From NCBI RefSeq assembly GCF_006345805.1, contig NC_043010.1:48050001-48114000 (forward strand): a stretch of 64,000 nucleotides of DNA. Reading direction: 5' to 3'. The notes under the pieces are model-generated. The model was given only the letters and a program-made list of their open reading frames with translations. It searched no databases and was not told the origin of the DNA. Position numbers and translations under genes: made by a program. Positions 47,901-60,457 of the stretch are shown here, in pieces (position 1 is the first letter of the stretch; every line of letters starts with the position of its first letter). Source of the DNA: Octopus sinensis (lineage: Eukaryota).

Positions 47901-48938
47901 CTATTTTAAGATACTTGGTGTGACTACTTATCATTTCTAGCAAGGCGAGCAACACAATATAGAAGTGAATTAAGTTATGTAAATGCATGGAATATTAAGA
48001 GAAGAGAGTAGCATTAGGTCTTTTTTCCCCCGGTGCCGGATTTACAACTGGGCAAATTGCACGGTTGAAACAAAGACCCGTCCGTTGCTTTTAATTTTTT
48101 CTGTTAAACATAAATACAAATGTGCTGGAAATTTTCATCTCTCCCCTCTGTAAAGAAGCTTATATTACTGATGAATAAATAGGGTTAAAAAGATAATACT
48201 TAATATGGTTATGAGATCTGGCTTAGTGGATGTCTCAAAAGAAAACTGAATTTCTAATCAGTTACTATTACATTCATTATTATGCCTTTATGTCTTGCCA
48301 GTCAGACAATTGAAAGGTCAAAGGGAAAACATACTGGGTTACGTTTAGGACATTAGTTAACTTATTGTATCAGTTAACCCTGGGACGCAAAGAGGTTCCC
48401 TCGTAGTAGTGTAGAGTTGTAATGGATGGAGTGTGGCAGTTAAATATTTTAGATCCAGTTGTTCATTTTCTTGTATATTCAGAAGTTTCGGTGTATGGAG
48501 GAAGATTTAAAATACATTGAAACGTTACTTATTTTATTTATTTATTATTATTATTGTTGTTGTTTTTTTCCTTCTTTCTTTAAATTTTCTTCCATTTCTC
48601 GCCGAGTGTTTTCCGTACACCTAGGGCAGAGAAGCTCATTGTATGCATTCCTAGATTACACACGCAAATTCACAGGTAAAATATGTATTTAAATAAATAA
48701 ATAAATTCATGAATGGATATTGTTTTCACAGCGATAATGCTCTTCTCAGTACATGAGTCGTTCCAGTTAACACTATTTGCACTTCCTGTAAGGATAGTAA
48801 GCCTGGTATCATTTTCAAGTAGGTTTCAGTACCTTTTTTTTCTTCTTATCATTCCTAGAGATCCTACAATCACTGGTACTGTAGTTGCCTTGAGATGCCA
48901 CATTTTTTTCAATTTCTATTATTATATTATTATTATTA

Positions 48939-48972
<34 letters not shown>

Positions 48973-49455
48973 TGCGCAATGATAATATAACTATGATGCT
49001 ATCAACAAAATCGTTCCAGCCATGATTATTTCATCTTTTCACGAGTATGTAAACAGACACTATCATATGTGTCCGTTTCTTTCAGAAGACGAGAGGGTGT
49101 AACGTGGGGGGATGTTATAAACTTCTACTAAAACACTTCTGAGAATATTTCCATTTATTGCGTGGCCACATATTAAGCCTATCATAATACAAAATAAGAA
49201 ATCCACCAATTATCCGGATTAAGTTTTGGTCGGCACAGAAATATCCAAGTAAGTAGTATCCAGAGTAAGACATAAACAAAAACAAGGCAACGAAAAAGAA
49301 AAGCAATAAAGCTTTTGGTTGCTCAGGATATTTAGTAACAGCCTTTGTGTCAGCGCTTGCGGTTTCATTAGTCAACGTTATGTGAAATTCAAGCACTTCT
49401 AAAACCTTTCAAACCAGCCTTTAGTAGCCAAAAGATCAAAAAAAAAAAAAAAAAA

Positions 49456-50053
49456 GATCAAACTCGCGTTTGACCCGAGCAAAAAGAAAAAGAAAAAGAA
49501 AAAATAGTGTAATAGGTGTAAAACAACATGTAGTAAACGAGTATGAAAAAAAAATGCGCGCTGGCGAACGGGGGGGGGGGCGGGGGAAAGTTCTCGGAAA
49601 ATTCACATCGGGGAATGTTCCGAGTCCTTTCACCACTTCCCCGTTCGTTGGCGAAATTTTTTTCCTTCATATTCGTTTACTACACATTATTTTACATCTA
49701 GTATACTATTTTTATTTTTCAATTTTTGTGACGGGGGTAGGTGGGGTGCGGACTCGGAAAATTCACACGATCAGTCTCACAGGATCAGAAAACCCAACGT
49801 TAACACCCGGTGACAAAAATGGAAAAAAAAAATAGTGTAATAGATGTAAAATAATGTGAAGAAAACGAATATGACGAAAAAAAATTTCGTCGACGAACAG
49901 GAAAGTGGTAAGAGGACTCGGAACATTCCCAATGCGAATTTTCCGAGTCCTCTCCTCCTCCAGTTCGCCAGCGTGTATTTTTTTTCATATTCGTTTACTA
50001 CTTGCTTACTACTTATTTTTTTTTTTGCTTGGGTCAAACACTGGAGTTTGACC
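49456..50053. mobile_element. Fold-back element with ~270-bp imperfect arms
   Basis: gatcaaactc..gtttgacccgagc / gcttgggtcaaac..gagtttgacc; the internal blocks mirror each other. Confidence 0.65.
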
Positions 50054-50450
50054 AAAACATACTCTTTTACTTGTTTCAGTCATTTGACTGTGGCCATGCT
50101 GGAGCACCGCCTTTAGTCGAGCAAATAGACCCCAGGACTTATTCTTTGTAAGCCTAGTACTTATTCTATCGGTCTCTTTTGCTGAACTGCTAAGTTACGG
50201 GGACGTAAACACGCCAGCATCGGTTGTCAAGCGATGTTGGGGGCGACAAACACACACATGCACATATATATATATACATATATACGACGGGCTTCTTTCA
50301 GTTTCCGTCTACCAGATCCACTCACAAGACTTTGGTCGGCCCGAGGCTATAGTAGAATACACTTGCCCAAGGTGCCACACAGTGGGACTGAACCCGGAAC
50401 CACGTGGTTGGTAAGCAAGCTACTTACCACACAGCCACTCCTACTTACCA

Positions 50451-50566
50451 CTTACAACACTTAGGTTTCCCAAGCGGTCACCCATCTAAGTACTAACTAG
50501 GCTCGACGTTGCTTAACTTCGGTGATCGGACGAGAACCGGTGCTTTCAACGTGATATAGCCGTAAG
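50451..50566 (-). pseudogene. Solitary 5S rRNA copy, probably a pseudogene, abutting a SINE head
   Basis: Reverse complement CTTACGGCTATATCACGTTGAAAGCACCGGTTCTCGTCCGATCACCGAAGTTAAGCAACGTCGAGCC...GATGGGTGACCGCTTGGGAAA...GTTGTAAG. The terminal helix pairs, but the first G is missing, there is no oligo-T terminator, and there is no tandem array. Confidence 0.85.
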
Positions 50567-50975
50567 AATTATAAAGAGTATAGCTTCTTGAGCATTTGAC
50601 TAAATTTTCTCCCTGTTGGTTACAATTAGCTCATACAGTAGATGTTGCAAATATAAATATTTTAGCAAAGTGGCTATTTCCCCCTCCCATAACGAATATT
50701 TGTAAAACATCAGTTTTAGTATCCAGTGTACTCTATTCACGGTTCATGCTCCAGTTTTCAGTTCCAGTTGAAATACTCTTTCCAGACATCCAAACAGCTT
50801 GGGGTAGGAGGAAGTATTATATGATTACAGTTAGTTAAATGGGTACCTTGTTCGCGGGTACTTCATTGCACCTGACTTCAGCCCTAAAAGCGTTACAGTG
50901 CGCGCGCACACACACTCACGCACATATAGGCGAAACAAAATATATTTTATCCGACTAACGATCATGGATTAACTA

Positions 50976-51532
50976 TTGGGTTGTCCGGAAAGTTTGTGCC
51001 GATTCTTAAAGGAAAGAAAGAGGTCAATAAATACTTGCCATTACATTTTTAATCAACCAAATATGAACCATTTTGTTGCACAATGCGTCTCCATCTTTCC
51101 TTTAACTTGAAAGTACCCACTTCTCAGAATTGATGGCAAAGAATTCATCACGGTATCTTTTTTACGTCATCCAAGGAATTGAAATTTTTACCATTAAGAC
51201 TATTCTGCAGTGACCTGAATAAGTGGAAATCTGAAGGAGTAATATCTGGTGAATATGGAGGGTGGGGTAACACATCCCAGCCGAGCTGCAGCAATTTTTG
51301 TCTGGTTCCCAAAGCATCAAGTGCCGAAAATGAACTTTCTCATCTTCCATTTTAAAGGATTACAGAATTAACACAGGTTATAGGAAAATAAACCTTCTTC
51401 CACGAAAAGATAGCTTAAACTGTACTCTAAATGGAGGTGTAGTTAAATCCTGTTTTATGGACTCAACCATGTTCTAAAATAAGTCGAAAGGTAAGCTACT
51501 ATAAATCGGCACGAACTTTCCAGACAACCGAA
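50976..51532 (-). mobile_element. Internally deleted mariner with both TIRs
   Basis: TA TSDs at 50974-75 and 51533-34; TIRs ttgggttgtccggaaagtttgtgccgatt / aatcggcacgaactttccagacaaccgaa; residual WDVLPHPPYSPDITPSDFHLFRSLQ. Confidence 0.9.
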
Positions 51533-52109
51533 TATTTTATTTACATTTTGACTTTGAGTACTTTATTACAAGTGGCCGGAAAGTGTCTTTTCAACTTCTC
51601 GCTCATTCGAATATATACACTAGACTCACGGAGTATGGGAAATTCGGGCTATATGTGTTTCATAGCGAGTGGAACATGGAGAATTTGGACTACATGTTTC
51701 ATAGTGAGTGGAACCTCGGAAGTGGTAAGAGGTTCCACTCGCTATGAAAAATATATAACCTGGATTTCCCATACTCCACTCCGTAACTCTAGTATTCTTT
51801 TCCGCACACTCAGCAAGATTTTTTTCTGCTCATCGCTTTTCGATAAGAGAAAAAAAAATCCATTTTTTATATTCACTATGGATTGCTCGAAGCTAACTCT
51901 CTTCTTACACCTCGATCTACGTATTGTACATTTGAGAACCCAGAGGCGTCCACAGCATTTTGACAATCTCCAGAGAAACAAGCAGTCAAACTGTTTATAT
52001 ACTCAACATATGCAGCAGTTACTCTATGAAGGGGTCCCTAATTTGCACACCGAAAGTGTTTAATACTATAAATATCAGCGGCCTGTTAATGAGGATCTTA
52101 GTCCACACA

Positions 52110-52143
<34 letters not shown>

Positions 52144-52244
52144 GTGAGTCGTCTAAGAGATCATAAGTCAGGAAAAAAATGCACTCGTACATCTGTCAGT
52201 AGAGTGGGTGTATTATCCGAAATGTATACTATTAAATATTAATT

Positions 52245-52339
52245 TCGGCTGATCTTACCAATCGGTTTCGCGCAAAGAATACAATGAAGTGTTACATAAC
52301 AATCGGATTATATAACTTTACGATCATTAGAGTTAGCCG
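52245..52339 (-). ncRNA. Mirror hammerhead copy with a mutated core (probably inactive)
   Basis: Reverse complement reads CGGCTAACT CTAATGA TCGTAA...TTGCGC GAAA CCGATTGGT A AGATCAGCCG: G5 changed to A, and a 10.1/11.1 U-C mismatch. Confidence 0.6.
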
Positions 52340-52371
52340 ATATGGAGCAGTTGCCATATTCCCTTCCATAT

Positions 52372-52465
52372 CGGCTAACTCTGATGAGCGTAGTGTTATA
52401 TAATCGGATTGTTATCTAACACTCCATTGTATTCTTTACGCGAAACCGATTGGTAAGGTCAGCCG
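52372..52465 (+). ncRNA. Type-I hammerhead ribozyme, apparently intact
   Basis: Core CTGATGA at 52381-87; stem II GCGTAG/TTACGC; GAAA at 52442-45; stem III ACC-GATT-GGT; GUA cleavage triplet at 52453-55; stem I CGGCTAACT/AGGTCAGCCG with one bulge and one mismatch. Confidence 0.75.
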
Positions 52466-52500
52466 TAATGGATATTTAATCCTGTGCATTTCGGATAATA

Positions 52501-53330
52501 CAGTAGCAGCCATAATATAAGGATTAGTAAGAACAAATGTATTGAAATATTTATTAAAGAAGATTAGCAAAATGTTGAGACTAGATATTTTACGCATATC
52601 TAGATACATCTAATATCTATCCTTCATGAAAATTTCAAGTGAATGGAATAAACATTTCGTAAATTACGAGGACATAAACGAATAATCTTCCAAACCGCAA
52701 TGGCCAAAAGTGTCACTTAGAAAAACAATGAAAAATAGAACAAGAACAAAAAAGAAACCCTTACTATTAATATTTTGTTAACATCCCTTTACTATCAATA
52801 ACCTCCTGACATCTGTTACCACAGGACTGAATTAATTTCTGGCATAATGAGTGGGTAATATTGTTCCATTCGTTTTTCAATAATTCCTAGAGTTCATCTT
52901 GGTTCTTTGGAGTTCTCCTTCGTGCCCCATCTCGTTTTTATAGGGTTGAGATCGGGACTTTGAGGTGACCAGTCCATGAGATCAACCCTTTCATCACTCA
53001 AAAAATTTGACTCTCTTCGCAGTGTGACAGGGAGCGTTGTCCTGCACGAAGATAGGAGGTTGAACTGACGAGAATCGGAGATGTAGACGGGCATGCTAAG
53101 GATCTGCTTGTAGATTTCAGCATTGACAGTCCATTGTAGGCGAATAAGTGGACCAGGATCAGCAGCAGAGATCACTTCCCATGCCATTACACTGCCTCCT
53201 CTATATTTCGCTGTCTTCTTCCCACATGCACGAGATAACCTTTCGCCACTTCTTCGTCGGACATACATCCCGCCTTCGGAACCAATCACATTAAACTGAA
53301 ATTTATCGTTAAAATGAATCTGCAATCACT
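52501..53330 (-). mobile_element. Tc1-family transposase fragment with one TIR
   Basis: ORF 52894..53325 has GGSVMAW and DWSPQSPDLNPI motifs; TA|CAGTAG... terminus at 52499-52506. Confidence 0.85.
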
Positions 53331-54380
53331 GTTCTTCTATATCTTTGATTCTTATTGAAGATCAGAGGTTTCTTTGCCGGTGCGCGAGCAAGCAACCCAG
53401 AGCACTGGTCTAGCGCGAAGTCGCGTGGTTTAGTGGTTAGAGTAATCGGCTCACGATCTTAAGGTCGTGAGTTCGATCCCTGACAGCGCGTTATGTCCCC
53501 GAGCAACATTATTTCATGTTGCTTTAGTCCACTCAGCTGGCAAGAATGACGTGTATTCAGCTGAATAAAATTACTGCTGTTGTTTGTCAACAAGAACTTC
53601 TTCGTTTATGACAACCCTAACCCTAAAACCCTAACCCTAAAACCTTAACCCTAAAACCAGTACAACCGCACGAACGATGTCATAAATAACAGTGACAAAC
53701 GAAAAATACACCACCGATAGTTGTTGACAAACAACGGCAGTAATTTTATTCAGCTGAATACACGTCATTGATTGGTTGAAATTACCGAAATACGAGAAAT
53801 TTAATGTGAAATAACTTCGTAAATATAAGTTTTTCTCAAAAATGCTAAGAGTAAAAGATGTTTTATATGACACATTCTATCAGTGTCCGAGATTTGAAAG
53901 TGTTTAGTTACAAAAAATTATTTTAAAAATCTGTTGGTCAAAAGGTAAAGATCCTTTCGTCCTATACTATACCACGAGTACGAAAAAAAAAACTGCTTCA
54001 TTAATTATGACGATGAAAGCTTAAATACAAGACAACATATTTATATAAGAGGGTATATGTGATGTAGAAGCTATTTTTCTGCGGGCATTATCGGCATACA
54101 TACAAATATATTTCAATAATGATTTCAAATCAAGTTGCAGATCCGATTTGCTGAGTAGTTACTCATTTATCTTTGATAATATTATTGATTTTTGTGTGAG
54201 CAGACACACGGCTCTATATTTCTAGAAGAGAGTATTGCGATGTTGTTAGTCTTTGTTCGGGACAAAAGCAATGTAAATGCAGTAAATGGCTTTAACCAAG
54301 AATCAAAAGCGGTTTGTGACTGTTCTTCGTTTTCATGCAAGTGAGAGTATTTACTTTATCGAAAGTAAGATGCTTTTCTA

Positions 54381-54783
54381 GGATCTTTTCAGTTTGAACA
54401 TAATTTCTAGGTAACTAAAAAATTTTAAACTTCGTATACTGGTAGAATTTGTCTATAAAACATTTTTTCTCTTGGCTTTATTGAGAAAATTCTATAGTTT
54501 TTAAGATATTTTTTGTTTTTTTTCTTCAATTTCTGCAATTTCAACCAATCAATGACGTCCATTGAGGTAAAAAACATTCTGTGCCGTATGAATATGTCCC
54601 TCGTTTAAGAAACAGATTGGGTTTATTTACATTTGTGAAGAAAAAAAGATACCCTTCTCCCCACCCCTAACCCTAACCCTAAAACAGATTGAAATGCAAT
54701 AGATCGATACTAGGGTCATAATTATGGGTGGCAATTTCATATGACACCGCTAGAAAAAACTGCCGTTCAAACCGAAAAGATCC
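54381..54783. mobile_element. Same MITE family with an 8-bp TSD
   Basis: GGATCTTTTC...GAAAAGATCC; TSD CTTTTCTA at 54373-80 and 54784-91. Further partial copies at about 23705-24763, 44220-44575 and 53560-53955. Confidence 0.8.
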
Positions 54784-57700
54784 CTTTTCTAAGCTAAAAA
54801 GTGGAAATGCTTTTCATAAAAAAAAAAAAAAAATGAAGCTTTTAAGAGACGAAATTGAAATAATGGACAATGGAATGCCAGTGAAGAACTGTGGAACATC
54901 CAGTGCAACGTTGTTAGACTTAAAGTTGGATTTACCAAATTCTGCCGACTTTGACTTTGTTATCCTTTCGAGGTCGATAAAATAAGTACCAGTTAACTAC
55001 TGGGGATGGGGGTCAATGTAATCGACTTCCCCTTAGCATGAAAATTGCTGGCCTTGTGTCAAAATTGGAAAGAATTATTAAAGTTGGATTTGCCAAATAT
55101 TTCTCTTACATTTCTACTTAACATGAATGAGCAAAGCATGCCTATTAACATCTGAATGTCAATAGAAGTTACAATAGTTAACACAAAAAAGCAATTACTT
55201 TTATGCAAAAATTATGGCATTCTTTTTTGCCTTCGACTTTGTCCTGGTTGTGGTGGAAGATATGAAGTTCACTGAAGACCTGAATCATGCAGATGGTCAC
55301 CTAAAGAGGTTTTACCAAAAGAATTTGTTGCTAGAAAATTGTTAACATTGTCATTATTAACATTTTCCAGCATGCAAAATCATGTGTTGGTGAGTATTGA
55401 AGTGATGGCATTCACGTTGAATCACAATGAAATTGAGCGAAAAGAAGAAACCAACGAAATATTACTATTCATCGTAATACAATTACATGGTTATTTTAAT
55501 CGAGTATTATGTAGCTTCATGCTTTTCCTAATGATGGATTTGAAACGGTTAATGAAAGATATTCGATCCGTTTATAATTTGTACTTTAGAAATTCACAAA
55601 CATTCCATTTAGAAATTCATAAACAAACATTTGCAAAAAAAAAAAAATTCTTTCTTTATCTGGAAAATATCTAAAGTTGACAAGGTAAATTACTTTCACT
55701 TTCACGGTCCCCTTGAAACGAAGAAGCGTCAAGTTTGCGCATAAATTTTATAGGAGGTAAACGTGTATTGTATTTTAATGAAAACACAGAATTCTACAAA
55801 ATAAAGAAAATATCTTAACCTTATCATATCTCGTATTTAACAGTGAGAAAAAAATGTTGGAATTTATCTTTAAATAAATCATAAAAACTCTAAAGAAAAA
55901 CACCCAAATTTCAGTGGTTTCATTCAAAATCATATTTACTTACCTTTAACTAGTTCTTTTCACACGTAGTTCTACAACTATTCTTAGTCAAAAGTAGTTT
56001 GAAAAAGTCAGTAATAAAATGGAGGTTTCTCGCTCTTGAACCTGCTTTTGGTAATAAGTAAACTTCACTTATTTATTATGGTTTCATCAGATAAAATGCA
56101 ATGGGTAAAACGTTAAATTATATATCCTTTTATAAACTGGTTAAAGGCTCTACCTTTAGAGGTGACATTTGCATGTATTTATTTATTAAAAATAAAAAAT
56201 AAAACAACGAAATCCAAAGTATGTTTATTGTTCACTTCAGTAAAACAATCTAAATATTTATTATCTTGTCTTTATTGACACAATCTAAATCCTTTTGTCG
56301 TTTGAAGCCCTCCCACAAAGCAGACGACTTCAAAACGATTGAAACATCATCTTAGGTCTGCATGCAGAATTAGGTAGGATACACTTATGACATAGATATT
56401 TGACAGACCCAAGCTAAATGCTTTTAGGCTAAAACATAATATTTTAACGCCTAATATTATCTGAAAAACTTTGTTCATCTGTCCCAGCTATCTATCTACC
56501 AGTCTATACATTTACCAAGGTTCCACGCACATACACACACATATTTATATATGAACAAATTCAGACATAATGCAATCACCCTAAAGCAACAGCAGAACAT
56601 TTTTTATTCATATCGTTTGAATAAACCGCATTTTACAACTTGTGGCGACAATTCATTAAATCTGAAAACAATGCACACACTATCTACCACCCACCGTGTT
56701 CGTATGAAGAGACAAAAAGATTTTGTAGTCGTTCTAAGCATACCCTCACGAAAAGTAATCTGACATTAAAGTGCACCGAAAAGAAAATTATGCATTTCTT
56801 GTCATTAACAGCTGAGATTTCATGTATATAAAAAATTGATTTGGGGTTCAAATCTTGCCGAGGATAACTAACGATGTATTTATTGAAGTCTTCACGTTAT
56901 TACCTTCAAAATTATTCGGCTATCATTTTGTTATTTGCTGTTTCTATTCAACTATTGTTTAACTAATAATGGTTTTCAGATTTAGACACAAGGTTACCAG
57001 TTTTAAAAGAAGAGGGTTTAAGTCAATAACATCGACTCTGGTGCTACATTGGTACTTTATTTTATCGACCCCGAAAGGACGAAAGACGAATTGAATTCGA
57101 CGCCATTTAAAGTCCAGAATGTAAAGTCACAACAAATACCTGTTTCTTTATTACCCACAAGGGGCTAAACATAGAGGGGACAAACAAGGACAGACATAGG
57201 TATTAAGTCGATTACATCGACCCCAGTGCGTAACTGGTACTTAATTTATCGACCCCGAACTTTTTTTCCCGATGCTCTAACGATTCCGCCAGCTCGCTGC
57301 CTTGGTTACTTAACACATAAATGGTTTCACATTTTGACTTGAAGCCAGATTTTTTTTTTAGGTAGAGAGGGATTTAGTCAATTATATCAACACTGGTGCT
57401 CAACTAATACTTAATTTTATCGCCCCGAAAGGCTGAAAGGCAAAGACTACCTAATTGGCATTTGAATTAGAACGTAATGAGTTGGAAGAAATGCTGTTAA
57501 GTATTTTGTCCTACGTGTCAGCTTGCCAACAGGGGGCTAAACATTGAGGGGACAAACAAGGACACACAAAGGGATTAAATCAATTACATCGACCCAGTGC
57601 ATAACTGGTATTTATTTAATCGACCCCAAAAGATGAAAGGCAAAGTCGACCTCGGTGGAATTTGAACTCAGAACGTAATGGCAGACGAAATACCTATTTC

Positions 57701-58549
57701 TTTACTACCCACAAGGGGCTAAACACAGAGAGGACAAACAAGGACAGACAAACGGATTAAGTCGATTACATCGACCCCAGTGGGTAACTGGTACTTATTT
57801 AATCGACCCCGAAAGGATGAAAGGCAAATTCGACCTCGGCGGAATTTGAACTCAGAACGTAGCGGCAGACGAAATACTGCTAAGCACTTCGCCCGGCGTG
57901 CTAACGATTCTACCAGCTCGCCACTCTGCTTAACTAACAACGTATTGAGGACTTCGTGTTATTGTTTATCCAAAATAGGCCTCGATTGAACAGAACTACA
58001 GGGTGAGGCAGAAAGGTTGCCCCGATTTCAAAAAAGTTTAAAAACATACATATGAAGATGCGTGAAAAAATTTGTATTTCTATGAAGTTCATTAAATGTC
58101 ATTTTTTCTGTTCTTTTTTTTCTGTAATAGACACCATAGCCTGGAGTGGAGAGCATCGTTTTTTTCATGTATCTTCATATGTTTGTTTTTATTAACCTTT
58201 CAGCCGCACCCTGTATATCAACGACACTCCATCCTTAGCGATAGTGTCTGTTTTAGATATCCCTATATAGTGTTGCTAGTCAGGTCAAGCTTCTCATCAC
58301 AGGCTATTGGTACTATGCAAACCAGTACTACCTGTTCCGTGGTCGAGTGGTCGGCGATTAAACTAGCCCCCGCTCCCTATTTGAATAACTTGTGAGGAGA
58401 GTGTCTGGACACACGGCAGGACTAAAAACAAGACCTATCGAAAAACATATGAGCTCCTTGTGGGCCAAAAACCATCCTAGGCAAGACTTCCTTTTGTACC
58501 CAACCCCACAAACACCGTTTTTTTTTAAATTTAATTTTTTCCCCCACAC

Positions 58550-58892
58550 AAACCCACGTTTTCGAATATGGAGAATACGAATCTACAAAAAAATTGGCAA
58601 AAATCGGCATTTTGAAATTACCGCCCCCACCCTAATTTCTTCATTTTAAACTTTTTTCAGAAATTTCTTTATTTCAAAATATGCGGAAAAATATAGAGAT
58701 TATGATTCTGAAAAAATTTCCAAAAGTTTTTGTAGTTACGGTTAGGGTTTTAGGGTTTTAGGGTTACGGTTACGGTTAGAGTTAGGGAAAAAAATTGAAA
58801 ATGAAGAAATTGGAGGGAGGGGGCGCTAAAAATTTCAAAATGCTGATTTTTGGCAATTTTCCGGAATCTCCGTATCCGAAAACGGGGTTTTT
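58550..58892. mobile_element. MITE-like inverted repeat with a telomere-like (GGGTTA) core
   Basis: Arms aaacccacgttttcgaatatggaga... / ...tctccgtatccgaaaacggggttt surround ggttagggttttagggttttagggttacgg. Confidence 0.55.
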
Positions 58893-58898
58893 TTGGCA

Positions 58899-58929
<31 letters not shown>

Positions 58930-58957
58930 TAATAATAATAATAATAATAATATAATA

Positions 58958-59520
58958 AATGCCCTGATGCAGTACCAGGCAGTGGCTCTCGTGGCTTCTG
59001 ATCTTAACTGATTGGAAGTGTTATCATGTACATTGTTTTGTCTTGGTATAAAAGATGAGCTTCAGCAAATATTCTGCTCAATACCACAGATTTGCTTGTC
59101 AGTTGTTTGACTAATCAGTTGAACATGTCCCTTAGTGACTGACGATATGTGCATCTCTGATCACGAGCAGAAGTAGTTGGGGAGCATCATAGCTATGATC
59201 TGAGAGGGATTCTTTGGGATTTGAATAATTCACCTCTGGAAACATGGGTGTTTCGTTCAACATACTTAAACAACCCTTATTCAGGGACCTTTTTAACGGG
59301 ATGGGTTACTCAACCAGAAGAAAATTCTAACTGGGCCCCACCCACCTTCAAGGTCGTGTGCTGTTTATCTTGATATGAGATCATCATGTCGCGCACATAA
59401 GGTTGTGATGCATGTGCCTAGAGTACCCTTATCAGACGAGTAGCCATGATGGGCATACTGGGCTTCGTATATTTTACCCCAGTGTCACTTTGATGGCATG
59501 CACTGCTCTCTCACTCAATA
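58958..59520 (+). mobile_element. Interspersed repeat embedded in (AAT)n, probably a non-autonomous retroelement
   Basis: aatgccctgatgcagtaccagg...gcactgctctctcactcaat with AAT/AAC tracts on both sides; no coding capacity. Confidence 0.5.
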
Positions 59521-59569
59521 ACAACAACAACAACAACACAACAACAACAACAATAATAGCAATAATAAC

Positions 59570-59614
<45 letters not shown>

Positions 59615-60017
59615 TTGTGAGAAAATGTTGGGGAGACGGGAGGAAGTCTTTCCCCATCCTATAGGGGAAGGCAATGGCAAACCATCCAATATTCTGCCAA
59701 GAAAACTCTGATGGGAGAACTCGCGCGTACTTGGGAAGACGTTTGTTGTCAATTTGATTGTTATATTTCATTAATCTCTGTACTTAGCACCCGAGTACCG
59801 CGGTTATCCCAACGAAGCTCTGAGCCTAATACTCGTTAGCTATTTGGATCTCAATGAAGGACTTTCCATTGTTTTCGATGATGATCATTCAGATCAACTG
59901 AACAACTTAGTCGTTAAATTAATAGGTAAGTGGCTGAGTATCCCACATTGTTGGGATTTATCCACAGTAATTTAAAAAAGAAATATGTTAAGAATAGTTT
60001 ATTTTAATAGCATTCTT

Positions 60018-60457
60018 GGCAATCTTTCGTCGCCTTCTTGGCAATCTTTCGTCTCTAGTAGACCTTTCCGTCGATTTCCGTAAAAAATTTTTTTTTTACA
60101 TATGGGCTTGCGGGAACTTTTGAAGTAATGAGAGCGAAAGAGACTAAGAGAAAGCGATTGTATGACGAGGGAAGTTCTTTTGAAGTTACCGTGCATGGGA
60201 AGCATTGATGTACATGTGTGTGTGTGTGTTTGATGGGGGTGTGGGAGACAGACAGTATGTTGTGTAAGTGAAGTGCTTCTGTTAGTGTGTGTGAAGAGGC
60301 AGAGTAATGTGTGAAAGTAAGAGATAACTGAAATTTTTTACTCGGTGTATGTGTATATGTATGTATATTACTTCAAAAGTTCCCGCAAGCCCATATGTAA
60401 AAAAAAATAATTTTTACGGAAATCGACGGAAAGGTCTACTAGAGACGAAAGATCGCC
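60018..60457. mobile_element. Second GG-terminal MITE family with ~90-bp TIRs and an 8-bp TSD
   Basis: GGCAATCTTTCGTC / GACGAAAGATCGCC; TSD GCATTCTT at 60010-17 and 60458-65; the first 22 bp are tandemly duplicated. Confidence 0.8.
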
